Assembly (NCBI GenBank): GCA_963514005.1 | Contig: OY740809.1 | Location: 22,072,001 to 22,136,000 of the forward strand | Length of the DNA: 64,000 nucleotides | Direction of reading: 5' to 3' | DNA from: Raja brachyura | Lineage: Eukaryota | Shown: piece by piece, positions 39,010 through 51,350 of the stretch | How the letters are laid out: every line of letters starts with the position of its first letter | How positions within the stretch are numbered: the first letter of the stretch is position 1 | Notes under the pieces: model-generated | Seen by the model: only the letters and a program-made list of their open reading frames with translations | The model's database searches: none | What the model was told of the DNA's origin: nothing | Program-made: the position numbers and the translations under genes

Positions 39010-39151
39010 GGGGTGGAAGATTGCAACCTTCACGTGGTCCGCCCTGTTTCGACTAATGCAATGAACTCAACGTGCACACACAGAAGATCAAATATAACAA
39101 GTTGTCCTACAACTTTAGGCTGTGCAGGCCACACGAAAGAAGAAGAAGAAG
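39010..39151 (+). mobile_element. ~140-bp retroposon with (GAA)n tail, RTE-type
   Basis: Starts GGGGTGGAAGATTGC and ends GCCACACGAAAGAAGAAG. 11-bp TSD AACTCTACCTC at 38999-39009 and 39152-39162. Confidence 0.78.
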
Positions 39152-40210
39152 AACTCTACCTCATTTGGTTATTCAGTTATTGCAGTTTAGTAATTTTTTG
39201 CACTACTTCAGATTGCACGACAATCTTTGCACCATTCTGCTGTTTCGTACTAATTGTCGTCTTTAAAGTTATATCTGTCATTACAATGCATATTGTTTAC
39301 TCTATAAGCTTCCTATGAACAAGTGCATATGGCACCTAATCAGAAACAGAATCTGAAACAAAGTCAGACTTGGAGAAGAATCAAAGACCCCAGTTTCAAT
39401 GGGGGTTCTAGGCGACAAGGAAACTACTGTAAGTAAATATTTAGAATTATTTTATTTTAGCATAATGTTGTTTTTTTATTTTAACGATTTAATCATTTCC
39501 ATTCATTTTAATATATTTTAGTTAACATTTAACAAAGTTAATTTGCCTTTAGCTGCGTCTTCTGTTAAAGCCTGTAAGGATATCTCAGGGACAAGGCCCA
39601 GTAGCCTGAGACCACACTGGTGCTAAGACTACACAGATTCATGCCTGGGTCTGTGAGGCACTGTGGCATCAGCCCTGGATTCAGTGGATACCGAGAGGAT
39701 GCTTCCACTAGTGGGAGAGTCTAGGGCCAAAGCCTCAGAAGGAAACGACATACCTTTAGAAAGATGAGGATAAGGGTGGTGAATGTGTGGAATTCATTGC
39801 CACATAAGGCTGTAGAGGCCAGTCAATGGATATTTTTAAGGCAGAGATTGATAGATTCTTGATTAGTATGGATGGCAGGGGTTATGGGGAGAAGGCAGGA
39901 GAATGGGGCTGAGAAGGAAAGATAGATCAGCCATGATTGAATGGCGGAGTAGACTTGATGGGCCAAATGGCTTAATTCTGCTCTTATAACTTATGAACTC
40001 ACTTGTCTACATAAAGAGGGCTGATGTCACAGTGAGCAGGACAGTAGTTGGGATTTGGCCGCATTTCTCTCATTAAAGTCTGGCTCACATGATTGTGATA
40101 ACATGGCCACAATCACTTTATAGGAGGAAATATTAATGTTTGTATGTAATATATTTTTTAAACATCTCAACGGTTCTCCACAGGGCATAAATAATCTCCA
40201 ATGAGTTGGG

Positions 40211-40241
<31 letters not shown>

Positions 40242-40330
40242 ACTCTCACTCTTTCTCACACACTCTCTCTCTCTCTGTCACTCTCTTTCAATCTCTATTT
40301 CAGTCTCTATCGCTCTCTCACACTCACTCC
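40211..40330. repeat. Imperfect (CT)n microsatellite
   Basis: Directly visible in the sequence. Confidence 0.9.
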
Positions 40331-43023
40331 CCCTTTCCAAGCAGATTGGCAGGATAACCCTAGGAGTTATTCTCGTTCCTCAGTTACAGGTACCTTTCTT
40401 AGTTGGGGATGATGTATTGGATCCTGGAAGCCTCTCCTGCCAAGGACAAGATCATGCAAAGTAAAAAAATACAGCTATTATTTACAATATTATCTATATT
40501 AATAGATTTTACCTTTTAAAGTCAAAAATAGTTCACATTAAAATCTTAAAAGTGAGTACTGGGATTTAGCAGATGAGAGTGCTGTTTCAGATGGAATCCA
40601 CCTGAAGCTGCAGAAAACGCTTGTTGCAATCATGTGATATGGAGATTTATAGAATTACAGTTTGCGAAGTGGTAATGATTCATGAGGAAATGATTGAATC
40701 CATGAAAATATTTCAGGCCATTTAACAAATCCCATGATATCTATACATATGTGTGCTTAAAGAATATACTGTACGTTATATATAAATAACCGTTAATAAT
40801 TCACTCTTCCTCCTCTGTTTCCAGATCCGAAGAATAAGTAAGCTACCAGACCTTGGCTTCCAGTGGAATCACGCACATGACAAAATGTGTTTCCATGACT
40901 ACCTATTCCACACATCTATCTCTAGACATGGCTAAGGGACCAAATAATTTTCAGTTGATCCTTTAAATAATAAAGAGCAAAGTTTATACGAGTCCCCTGA
41001 CCCTCCCCAAGCTTTCATTGTTGGCACTAGTCCAGGCTCTGCATTCCTCTACCAGGCACTGGGGAGTTAGAAAGTTCAGTAAGTTTATAAATTACTTACA
41101 ATAACTTCACAATATGGTATTGACATAGAACCTTTCATGCCATGTTAGAATGCACCAAAATGCTTTGCAGCCAATTAAATATCTTTCATGCATAGTTGCT
41201 GTTGAATTATAAGAAATGCAACAGCCAGTTTGCACATGAGAAACTTCTCCTTACAGCAATGTGATCATGCCCAGTTCATCCGTATTTGATCTGTAACATT
41301 CATTGACAAACAAATAGTATCCTGGGAAGTGTTCATAAAATAAAAACAGAAAATGCCGCAGACACTTAGCAGGTCAGGCAGCATCACTAGAAAGAGAAAT
41401 CAGAAAAGAGTCAGAAAACATTTCAGGTTGTTCAGAAATGGAAAAGTGAGAAAAAAATGTTTTAAGTTGCGGAAAAGGTTGGTCAGCGATGGGCAGGGGA
41501 CTAACTCCCCTGCTTTCCTTCAATAGGGTGCGATGAGGTCTTTCCCTTTCACTTGGAGGATTGCCAGGCTGCTGAATAACTGATCCTGATCTTGGTCAAT
41601 ACCCGATTAAATAGGACTAGCACAGAAATGTATCTTAGTCAGCATGGACAAGGTGGGCTGAGGGGCCTGTTTCTGCACTCTGTAACTCAATTACTTTATA
41701 ACTCATTGATCCAAAAATCAGCAACTGATCTTGCAGTACTTCCTCCGGCCTGCAGTGGTTGGCTATCCTGGTTTTATGTGTTCAAACCTCTGGAGTGGGA
41801 CGAATCAACAACACTTATGTGCATGTCATGTCATGTATGGATACATAAATATAAATGTAATTCTTCGAGAACTTAATAATAAATATACATAACACGTGAG
41901 AATAAGGTAGAATTGAACATAAAATTCAGCACCAGAAATAATCAAAACCAGAAATAGCCAAAATTGCATTTCACAGGAATAAGACAGGGAGTCTGCATAT
42001 TCATTCAGATGTTTATCATTACTTATGTTTAAGATTGCACATTGTTTCTGAGAGAAAGGTAAGTAAATATATAATGCATACTAAACTCTTTCTGGTAGCT
42101 CCAGAAATATGAGACAATTGGATTGTAGATGGGTTGGTTTGTCAAAGATTTGCTTGTTGTATCGAGCTGCCACTTGTCCCATTGTTAATACCAGCTGCTA
42201 CAGTATACAACTGACCATGTTATTTGCTGCACGCTCCCAGGCTCTGAAGGTCTCCTCATATTTTGAAGTGAGAGATGAACAACAGCAGAGCACGTCCGAA
42301 TGGCTTGCAGGATCTTTATGACATAATTGACCCTACTTGAGCTGCACTGTGCCATCAAACACCTGAATATTGGTAAGGAACCAGTCAGGAGCTCTGCTCT
42401 GGGTTGCATCACATGAGAAGGTAGAGCTGTCGTGCACTACAGATTTTATTTACACTTCAAAACCTTTTAATGAGATGTTTAATTACAGCTATCTCTCTTG
42501 GTTGGGTGCCACCAACAAGCCATAATTTGCGTGCTGTCAGTTCTCACCAATTTTGGCTCAGAAAATGGAACCTGTTTCTGTGTTTCAAACATGAATGTAA
42601 GGAATGGGACAATCTTGAAAAAACCTGAAGGGATAATGAGGTTGAGTTTAGATTTTAGGTGGACATTGGATAGAAATAATATTTAGCGGACTCAAAACGT
42701 GTGTAACAAAAGGGAAACATGAATCTAACAGGAATGAGACCGGCAGCTGCATGTTCATTCAGATTTCTATTATTAAGTGTTTAAGATTACACATTGTTTC
42801 AGTGAGATGGGTAAATAAATATATAATACATACTTAAACTTTTTCTGGTATCTCCAGAAATATGAGAAATTGGCTTGCAGATGGATTGGTTTGTCAAAAC
42901 ACATGAAACAAATGCATTTTGGCTGGGCACTCACATTAAACAAAGTATACACTGTCTATTTTGATTTTCTGTTCCGTTTAAGACTTAACTCTGTAAAGTA
43001 TAATCTTTCCCATTTTAATTTCC

Positions 43024-43085
43024 ATAATGCAAGGATCCATACTTTGTCTCTGTGATAATGCAAGGATCCATACTTTGTCTCTGTG
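43024..43085. repeat. Perfect 31-bp tandem duplication
   Basis: ATAATGCAAGGATCCATACTTTGTCTCTGTG occurs twice in tandem. Confidence 0.95.
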
Positions 43086-43994
43086 ATGCCATCTCCCATC
43101 ATTTCTGCATTGATATTACTGTTGTTCTGCATCTCCTGCAATACATCCCATTAAGGTGTAACTCCTGATCATTTTACACACTGGTCTGGGATTCCAGCTT
43201 CTAACTCTTTCTGTAAATTCTGCCCTCAAGCCATCATTTTCCTGTAACCCCATTTCTTTTGTCATCATCCTTATTCACTAAAGTGGTAGATAACAAATAT
43301 GACCGTCTTGCTCTTGTCCTGTTTGAAGAGGGCTGACACCTTTCGATCACTGGTATTGTCAGCGTTGCAACATAATTTCTATGTACCAGCCAGAACTTCC
43401 ACAATTCCTTACATATATCACATTAAGTACTGTTTAAAAGTAGTACAAATCATCTCTATTAAATCTTCAAAGTTTGCTTAATCATATTTACATTTCTTCT
43501 GAAGGAGGCCATTTGGCCCATTGAGCATGCTTTCACAGCAATTCTATCAATCTCAATCCCTCACTTATTTCCCAGTCACCTATTCTCTCACATAAATCCA
43601 TTAACATCCTTAATTCTCCCACCAGCATTTTACAGTATTTATTTAACCTGCCAATGCGTTTTCATCGATTTTGAATGTTTCTGCTATCAAAGGCATATAA
43701 AATCTGTTCAAAGGCCTTTGGCTTTGGCAAGCTTGGAGCCCAGTCTGTGTCATGGGATGTCTCTCGGGTGCAAAATATCAGCTAGCATCAAGATAAAATT
43801 AGTCCAGGTAGATGGAGTCTGCAGGCAGTGAAACGGAGTGGTAGCTGTATCCTGGGCTATGGAGCTCATTGAATTAATACAGCTTTACAGAACATCAGGG
43901 GTAATATCTGATCCTGGTGGAGTGAATTCAGAACTGGTTTATATTTCATCGCAGTTTCCTTTCTATTTTAGCTGGTAGCTATTCCTGGTGAATA

Positions 43995-44595
43995 CATTGG
44001 CAGTGCTGAAGTAAAGATGGTTGAAAGCTTCACGTTTTAGGAATAAATATCACTAGCAACTTGTCCTGGACCAGTCATATTGAAGCAATGGCCAACAAAA
44101 CAGACCAACACCTCTACTTCCTTAGAACGCTTAGGAAGTTTGGCATGTCCCCAACAACCCTCACCAACTTCTAAAGATGTGCCATCAAAAGCATTTATTT
44201 TACCCTGGTAATTCTTTCCACTCCCTGCTCTTATCAGGCAAAAGGTTCAGAAGCTCGAAAGTGTGCTCCAGGTTTAGGATTCAGATCCAGCCAACGTAGG
44301 AACAGCTTCTTCCCCTGTTATCAGACTTCTGAATGGTCCTTCAATAAGCTGGAGTACTGTTCAGTTCAACTCTACCCGATTGCAGATATTGGACTTTGTC
44401 TAAGGAACTGTACTCCACAATGCTGAGCACTATATTCGGCACACTGCATCTTCCCCTTTGCTCTGCTCATTGTACTTGAATTTAAGCTGAATTTATTTAT
44501 ATGTACTATTTTCTGATCTTAGTGAATAGCATGCAAAACAAAGCTTTTCACTCTAGCTCGGGAAACATGACAATAATAAACCAAATCCTAAACCT
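43995..44595 (+). mobile_element. Degraded Rex/Babar-like LINE 3' fragment
   Basis: Motifs VESF.FLG.NI...LSW..H, LYFLR.LRKFGMS, NSFFP, and an AATAAA plus short-repeat tail. Confidence 0.6.
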
Positions 44596-47500
44596 ATTCT
44601 GTTGGTGTAGTTATTCCAGATGAACTAGACAACTGGTTATAAATGATGTTAGCTGACAATTTCGTTCCCATATTAATGACTAAACAGACAGTTTATTATT
44701 GCTTGGTAAAATCCTGCTCCTTTATTGCCTGCACTCTATTGCATCTGTTTACAAACTAAGTACAGTGTTTGTTAAAAGGATATACACATTAATTGTAGAA
44801 CATGTGTGGTGATACAACAATAACGTAACACTGCAGATGACTCTCAAGTGGATCACAGAGGAAGGAACCACCAAATTGTTCTGAGGAAAAGAAAAAAGAT
44901 TGAGGAGAATTAGAATCATCCACCAAGTTTCATCCCAAGTGATCTCTTTACGGTTTACTTCTGTATTGCTTTTATGTACCAGGATCATTAATATCTGATG
45001 GGCCGTAGGACCCAGATGTTTTAGCTTAGCTGGAACAATTCTATTAGCAGAAAGGCTACATATCCTTTCCACATATTGTCTTGATAAGTTTTAATTTATT
45101 GTTATAGTGGCAGTAGAATACATTAACCAAAATCAACTTTGCAAACAGCTGTCAATCATTTCCTCCGAGTCCTGGGGGGTGAACTGACCTGCTTTCCACC
45201 ATATGTGCCCCAGTAACAAACTCTGAACTTAATGTTATGTGGACTATCTGAGGTATGGCCTAGAACAAAGGGATGACAGAGAAGCGCACAGTGCTTCTCA
45301 TTATTATGGCCTTTTTGCAATTCAGGAGGAATGAAGACTAACGCTAAACACATTTCCTCTTTGTGCCGTCATGGTCAATGTATCTGAGCATTTCATATAA
45401 AGAAGCTATATGTCACACTTTATTTGGTCTTTAATGGGAATACCATTTAAACGTGTTTTAAAGGGCATGCAATTGGGAATATGATGATATCACACCACCA
45501 ATTATATCTTACATTAAATATTTTAAGGATTGAAACACAAGTGAACTAGAGGTTGCAGCACCTGTTATGGAGAACTTTTCCAGAGTCCGCTGTGGCGACT
45601 CTGATATCCAGTTTACAAGGTAATTCAGTCTTGGCCTTTTCAGTAATTGTCATCCCAAAGCACCAGTTGCATGTCAGAGCTAGTCCAATAACAGCAAGTG
45701 CTGCTCCAGATCTGTCATTTTCCTGTTAATATTTTTGCTTTAGTTCCTATTTGAAACTACTGCTCCCTTTTATTGCAATACAGTTATTAATAGATGAACA
45801 CATGGATAGATTAACACAGGCTTAGATGGATATTTATGTGCCTAATGCGGGCAGGTGGACAAGTGTAGATGGAGCACCTTGGTCAGCATGGGAAAGTTAG
45901 GCCAAATGGGCCGTTTCTGTGCGTTAGGACTCTATGACACTATGAGGCTTGGACCTCAGCAAATATGGAAACTCAGATCAAAACTTTCCATTGCATAGAT
46001 AACGCTGTACATAAACTACTACTAGATCTGTTTAATTGAAGTGGATGATCACAATGCATTAGAATTCATCTCATTGTTAATGTTACATGTAAATGTCCCA
46101 TGGCATTGTATCTTTATGCAATTGACTATATCTTTGTTGAAATGGGTCATGATGGAGGTTGCATGTGGATGGAAGGAATTATTATAGGGAGAGGCAGGCA
46201 GCTACTGTTGAGAAACAATGACCCATCATCAGAAAGGGAGAAAATAGAAGTGTTTTAAAGGAGTTGCGATAGGATAGACACTGAAGGTTGCCCAGGAGAC
46301 ACAAAATCATCGGGTTTACGGATGTACAGGGGCAGTCAGAGGGAAAGAACGCAAATAAACTACCGTGGGTTGCAAAACACAGCAACTGTTAGAAAGCTGA
46401 GAAAAAAAAATGAACGTTGGAACTACCTAGCAGATAAGGCAGCAATTATGGATTGAGAATGATTGAGTGATTGCGTTTGGATGATCGCACATCAGTAGTA
46501 ACCACTTCTCACATCATCAGGAAAGGCTGGTTATCTTAAAATGGTGACTTCAATATGTATTCCTGAGGGCTGCAACATGGACACTGCACAACTGGTTAAC
46601 TTCCCTCCTTCCAATTCAGGTGCAAGCAAATCTCAATTAACATCGAGAACTCTGATTATTAATCTGCTCAACCAAAGCTAATTACTAATTTGAGTTACGG
46701 TAGTATGACAGAATAATTATTTGGTTGATATACGTCAACTGATATATTTTAATTGATTTATTTCTAAATTGTTGCTTTGAGGATTCCAAGCTTGTAATTC
46801 TGGTCCAGGGGCTCGCCAGGTTCTGAAACATCTGATTTAAGGAAATCTGACTTTATTCTCCTGTACATCTTTAAAGCATTTTTCATGCTAGTAGCAATAA
46901 TAAAAATGTTTCATGATATTTATTCATGGCTGGATGATGCATTTATTCCGGTAGTTTAATTATGCGCAGTTTGGGGGTAATTATTCAATGAAATTATAGA
47001 ATTACAGCAAGTGTACCTAGAGTGATATAATTTCGGCAGCTATAGAAAACAGACATTCCTGATTTACAGAGTAATCAGCTTATGAACAGTTCTCAGGAAG
47101 AGAACTCTTATGTTACCTGGGGACTGCCTATGCCAATAGTTCAGATTCACATTTGTAGTTGCTTTAATGGGATTATTTTTTTACAGCTAACTTCAATGTT
47201 AGAACTATATTAAGAAAATTAGGCCTTGTTAAGAATAAAACTGTCATGATATACAAAGAAATCTGATATTTTTTTCTCGTGAATTAAATATGCAGGGTGT
47301 ACTTGAATGAAAACTACAATTTTAAATTACACCAAGACTGAATCATAATTTCAGAGAAATATAGGGGTGTATAATGCGTGCGCACTTATGGCCAAATCCT
47401 GCCACAGACAAACCGCCTACAAACTAATTTGGGTCAATATCCTGGAGTGCAGATTATTATGATTCATCAAGACATGGAGAATATTGTTGTTTTTTTATTT

Positions 47501-47768
47501 CTTTTTACTGGAAACAGATATCTGATATAACGTTAGTGCAAATAGTTGGATTTACTATTGTGCATTTCATTGATTGATTGCTACTTTATTGTCAAGTGTA
47601 ACCAGTACAGTGAGCTTCTTTGTTCGTATACAGTACAAGTATGCAAGAGTCACTACATAAAGGGAGCCAACAAAGTTACAAAAGTATTCAATATAGTCCC
47701 TCTTCCTTCTCTCCCTCCAACCCCCCACCGCCCCCCACCCCTGCTGAGTCCTCTCTGTTCTCCATCAT

Positions 47769-48125
47769 GGGGCTGTCCCACTGTACGAGCTAATTCAAGA
47801 GTTCTCCCGAGTTTCCCCTGATTCGAACTCTGAGAATTATGGTAATAGCCGCTCGTAGGTACTCGGGGCTCTCGTGGACATTTTTCAACATGTTGAAAAC
47901 ATCTTTTCAAATGTTGAAACATTTTTCAACATGTTGAAAAATCTTCACGAGTCTTCACGAGCTTACCGCGTTTCCCGATTACCTGCCATTAGCTTTACGA
48001 GCCTCTAAGAGACATCCCGAGCTCCGACGTACCCACTACATACATTCTACGTGCTTACCATGAGTTTGATTTTTTTTTTAAACTCGGGAGAGCTCTTGGA
48101 TGACCTCGTACAGTGGGACAGGCCT
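47769..48125. mobile_element. MITE with ~45-bp imperfect TIRs
   Basis: GGCTGTCCCACTGTACGAG...CTCCCGAGTTT at the left end and AAACTCGGGAG...CTCGTACAGTGGGACAGGCC at the right end. Repeated internal TTTTCAACATGTTGAAAA palindromes. Confidence 0.8.
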
Positions 48126-49569
48126 TTCACTGTCACTGATCCTATCACTGATTGCTCCTGGACCCATCTTTTAATGTTAGGCTTTGGGAGTCAATTATCT
48201 TGTTATGGGTCGGGAGACACGCACAGTATGGGCCAGGCTAGATAAGTCAGTATATTTTCTTCCTCAAAGGACTTCAGTGAACTAGAATGTTAATATTACA
48301 ACAATTCAATTGTTTCAAGATCACCAATAGGAATAAGAAGATTTTACTCTAGATGTATTTAATTAAAAATCTTAAATTCCCCTGCTGGCATAGAAGATTG
48401 ACCTTGATAATCACGCAAGCCCATGTTTGCTAGTCTAGTAACTTAAATAGGAGCCTTCTGTATGGTGATCTATGTTTTAATTTATGATGAATTCAATACA
48501 TAATCTTTTATTAAGTACTAATGGATTTATTTAACTATAATTTAGTGATTGATAAAATATATACTGTATGTTCTTAGGTATATTTTGTTCACCGATTTCC
48601 TCAGCTTTTAGTTTTGGTCCTGCATTTGAAACTTTAGCTTCCGAGAATTAACAATTGTAACCCATAACCTTATGATACTTATGGCAAAAAATGCTGCCGA
48701 TAACTGAGAAATCTTGCTGGTTTTCAGAATTTTCCTAATTGGAGGGTCTTTGGGCTCCATGTTTTGATGAGAAAGTAAGTAATAGTAACAAGTTAAGAGT
48801 GAGACCCAACACATTTGCAGGACTCTCTATTGCCAGAGTTGCATTGTGCGCTCTATATTGTCCGTTCATTCGCAGGTGAGGAGATTGTGTCCTCTGTATC
48901 AGACCAACATAAACTTTAGAAACAAAGAACTGCAGATGCTGGTTTATACCAGAGAAAGACTCAAAGTGCTGGAGAAACTCAGCGGGTCAGGCAGCATCTC
49001 TGGAGAAAAAGGATGGGTGAAGTTTCGGGTTGGGTGAGAGTAGGGGTTGGGGGTTAACAGCTGCAGCTTATGGTCTCTCGACTGTTTTCTATTCTGATCT
49101 TCAGTCTGATGAAGGTTCAATGCATAAAGGATCAACTACATTGCTAAAGTGACTGTAGACAAAATCTTGCGATGTGGCCTGCAGCTAATCATTTTATGAA
49201 TCTGGAGGAAAATGTTAGGAGAGCATTTACTACCTAACCAAGAAATGAGAGGGAGAGCATTTACTATAATCAAGATTTCAAATACAGAGGTGGATCAGGG
49301 AGAGCATTAATTGCAGGTTTCATTATGAGCATTGGTGTCCTGAAACACAAGTATAAAGATGGCTTTATTGATGGAATTATCCCACTGTAGATGCACAGAA
49401 TTCATTGCATAGTGATCTGTTGATCTAATGGATGTAGAAACTTACATTTTGTAGGGAATTATTAACCTTGCTCTTAAATGTAAAACATAGCCAGACTTTC
49501 TTCAACATAACAAATTAGAAGTCTCTGGAACTGAGTGAGACAAAAGAGAAAGTGATTTTTGCAAATAGG

Positions 49570-51350
49570 ACATAGAACAGTACATCACAAGAACAAGCCC
49601 TTCGGGGCCACAAAATCTGTGTCAAACACGATACCACGACCAACACTTATCCAACTGCACATAACCCATATCTCTCCATATCCCTGTGAATATTTAGAAG
49701 TCTTTAAAAAGCCACTGTTGAACCCGCCACTACCACTACCCTTGGCAGTGCACTCCAGGTACTTGCCAACAACGGTGTAAAAAAACTTGCCCTTCACATT
49801 TCCTTTATTTATCCCTCTCAAATTAAAGCTATGCCCACTGGTATTTGGTATTTCCATCCTGGGATAAAGGTTCTGAGTGTCAACTCTATCTGCACCTTTC
49901 ATAAGTTTATATACTTCTATCAGGTCTCCCCTCAACATCCAGCATTCCAGATAAACTAATCCAGGTCTACCTACCCTGTCCCTGCAGCTAACACTCCCAA
50001 ATCCAGGCATGATTCTAGTAAAGATAGGACAAAAGTGCTGGAGAAACTCAGCGGGTGCAGCAGCATCTATGGAGCGAAGGAAATAGTCAACGTTTCGGGC
50101 TGTGACCCTTCTTCATGATTCTAGTAAATCTTATTGTGCCTTCTTCAATGCCTCCACATCCTTCCTGTGCACGCAGTACTACAATTTTCTCTTGAGGCCA
50201 CCTAATATAATGTAAAAAAATATAAAAATGTCATGCAAGGATAAGAATCACTTAAATTTTCACGTCAAATTACTATGAAAAACACCCAACAAGAGACAAA
50301 TGGAACAGAGACTTACGTCACAAATGAATTAAGAAATTTCCATTATTTAGTGGCTGGATTTCCTAATAGTCTAATATTGAGTGCTTGAGTCTTAGAGCTA
50401 TATAGCATGGAAACAGGACCTTCAGTCCAACTTGTGCATGCAGCCCAAGTTGCCTGACCAAGTCAGTCCCACTGGCCTGCCCCAAGCCCATAATGCTAAA
50501 TTTTTTCTCCATCTCCTTACCTGTACAATTAGATGTCGTAATTGCACCTGCCTCTACAACTTCCTCAGGCAGCTCGTTCCATGTACGCTGCACCATCTGT
50601 GTAAAAATTTAGTCAGTCAGGTCCCTTTTAAATCCTTCCCCTTTCACCTTTGCTTTCCAGTTTTAGGCTCCACTAATCTGGGGCATAAAGCTACAGCTAT
50701 TCGCATTATCTTTTCCCCTCATGATTTTATAAACTTCTATAAGATTACCCTTCAGCCTTCAATGGTTCAGAGGATAAAGACCCAGCCTATCGCCCTCTCC
50801 TTGTAACTCAAAGCCTCCAGATGTGGCAACATCCCCTTAAAGCTATTTTGCACGCGTTCTATTTTAATGGTATCCTTCCTATAACAGGGCAACCAGAAAT
50901 GTACACAATATTCCAAATATGGCTCTATCAATGTTTTGTTTAGCTGTAACATGACATCCTAACTCCTATGTTCAAAACAGTCACAAGGGTCTCAACCCAA
51001 AACATAATCAATTCCTTTTCTCCAGAGATGCTGCCTGACCCGCTGAGTTACTTCAGCATTTTGTGGCTATCTCCAATATTCAATATCCTGACCAATAAAG
51101 GCAAGTGTGCCAAAAACCTTCTTCACTGACCTACCTACCTATGTCCCCACCTTCATGGAACTATAAACTGCACCACTAAGTCTCTCTGTTCAACTACAGA
51201 GGACCCCACCATTTATTATGTAAGCCCTGCCAGCCTTGCATACTGTATATGAAGTAAATGCCATTTTCCATTCCTCCACCCACTGGTCCAGTTAATCAAG
51301 GTCCCATTGCAATCACTGATGTCCTTCTTTAGTGCCATTATACCACCAAT
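49570..51350 (-). mobile_element. Cluster of CR1-clade LINE fragments with nested Penelope-like copies (50023-50113, ~50985-51075)
   Basis: ORFs with LRGDLIEVYKLMKG, LEYCVHFWLPCYRKD and WNELPEEVVEAG. The nested copy has a perfect 15-bp TSD CATGATTCTAGTAAA at 50008-50022 and 50114-50128. Confidence 0.8.

Noticed and set aside
47875-47945. Repeated palindromes resembling a CRISPR array or operator array
   Set aside because: Only 2-3 units, no unique spacers, inside a MITE, in a eukaryotic genome.
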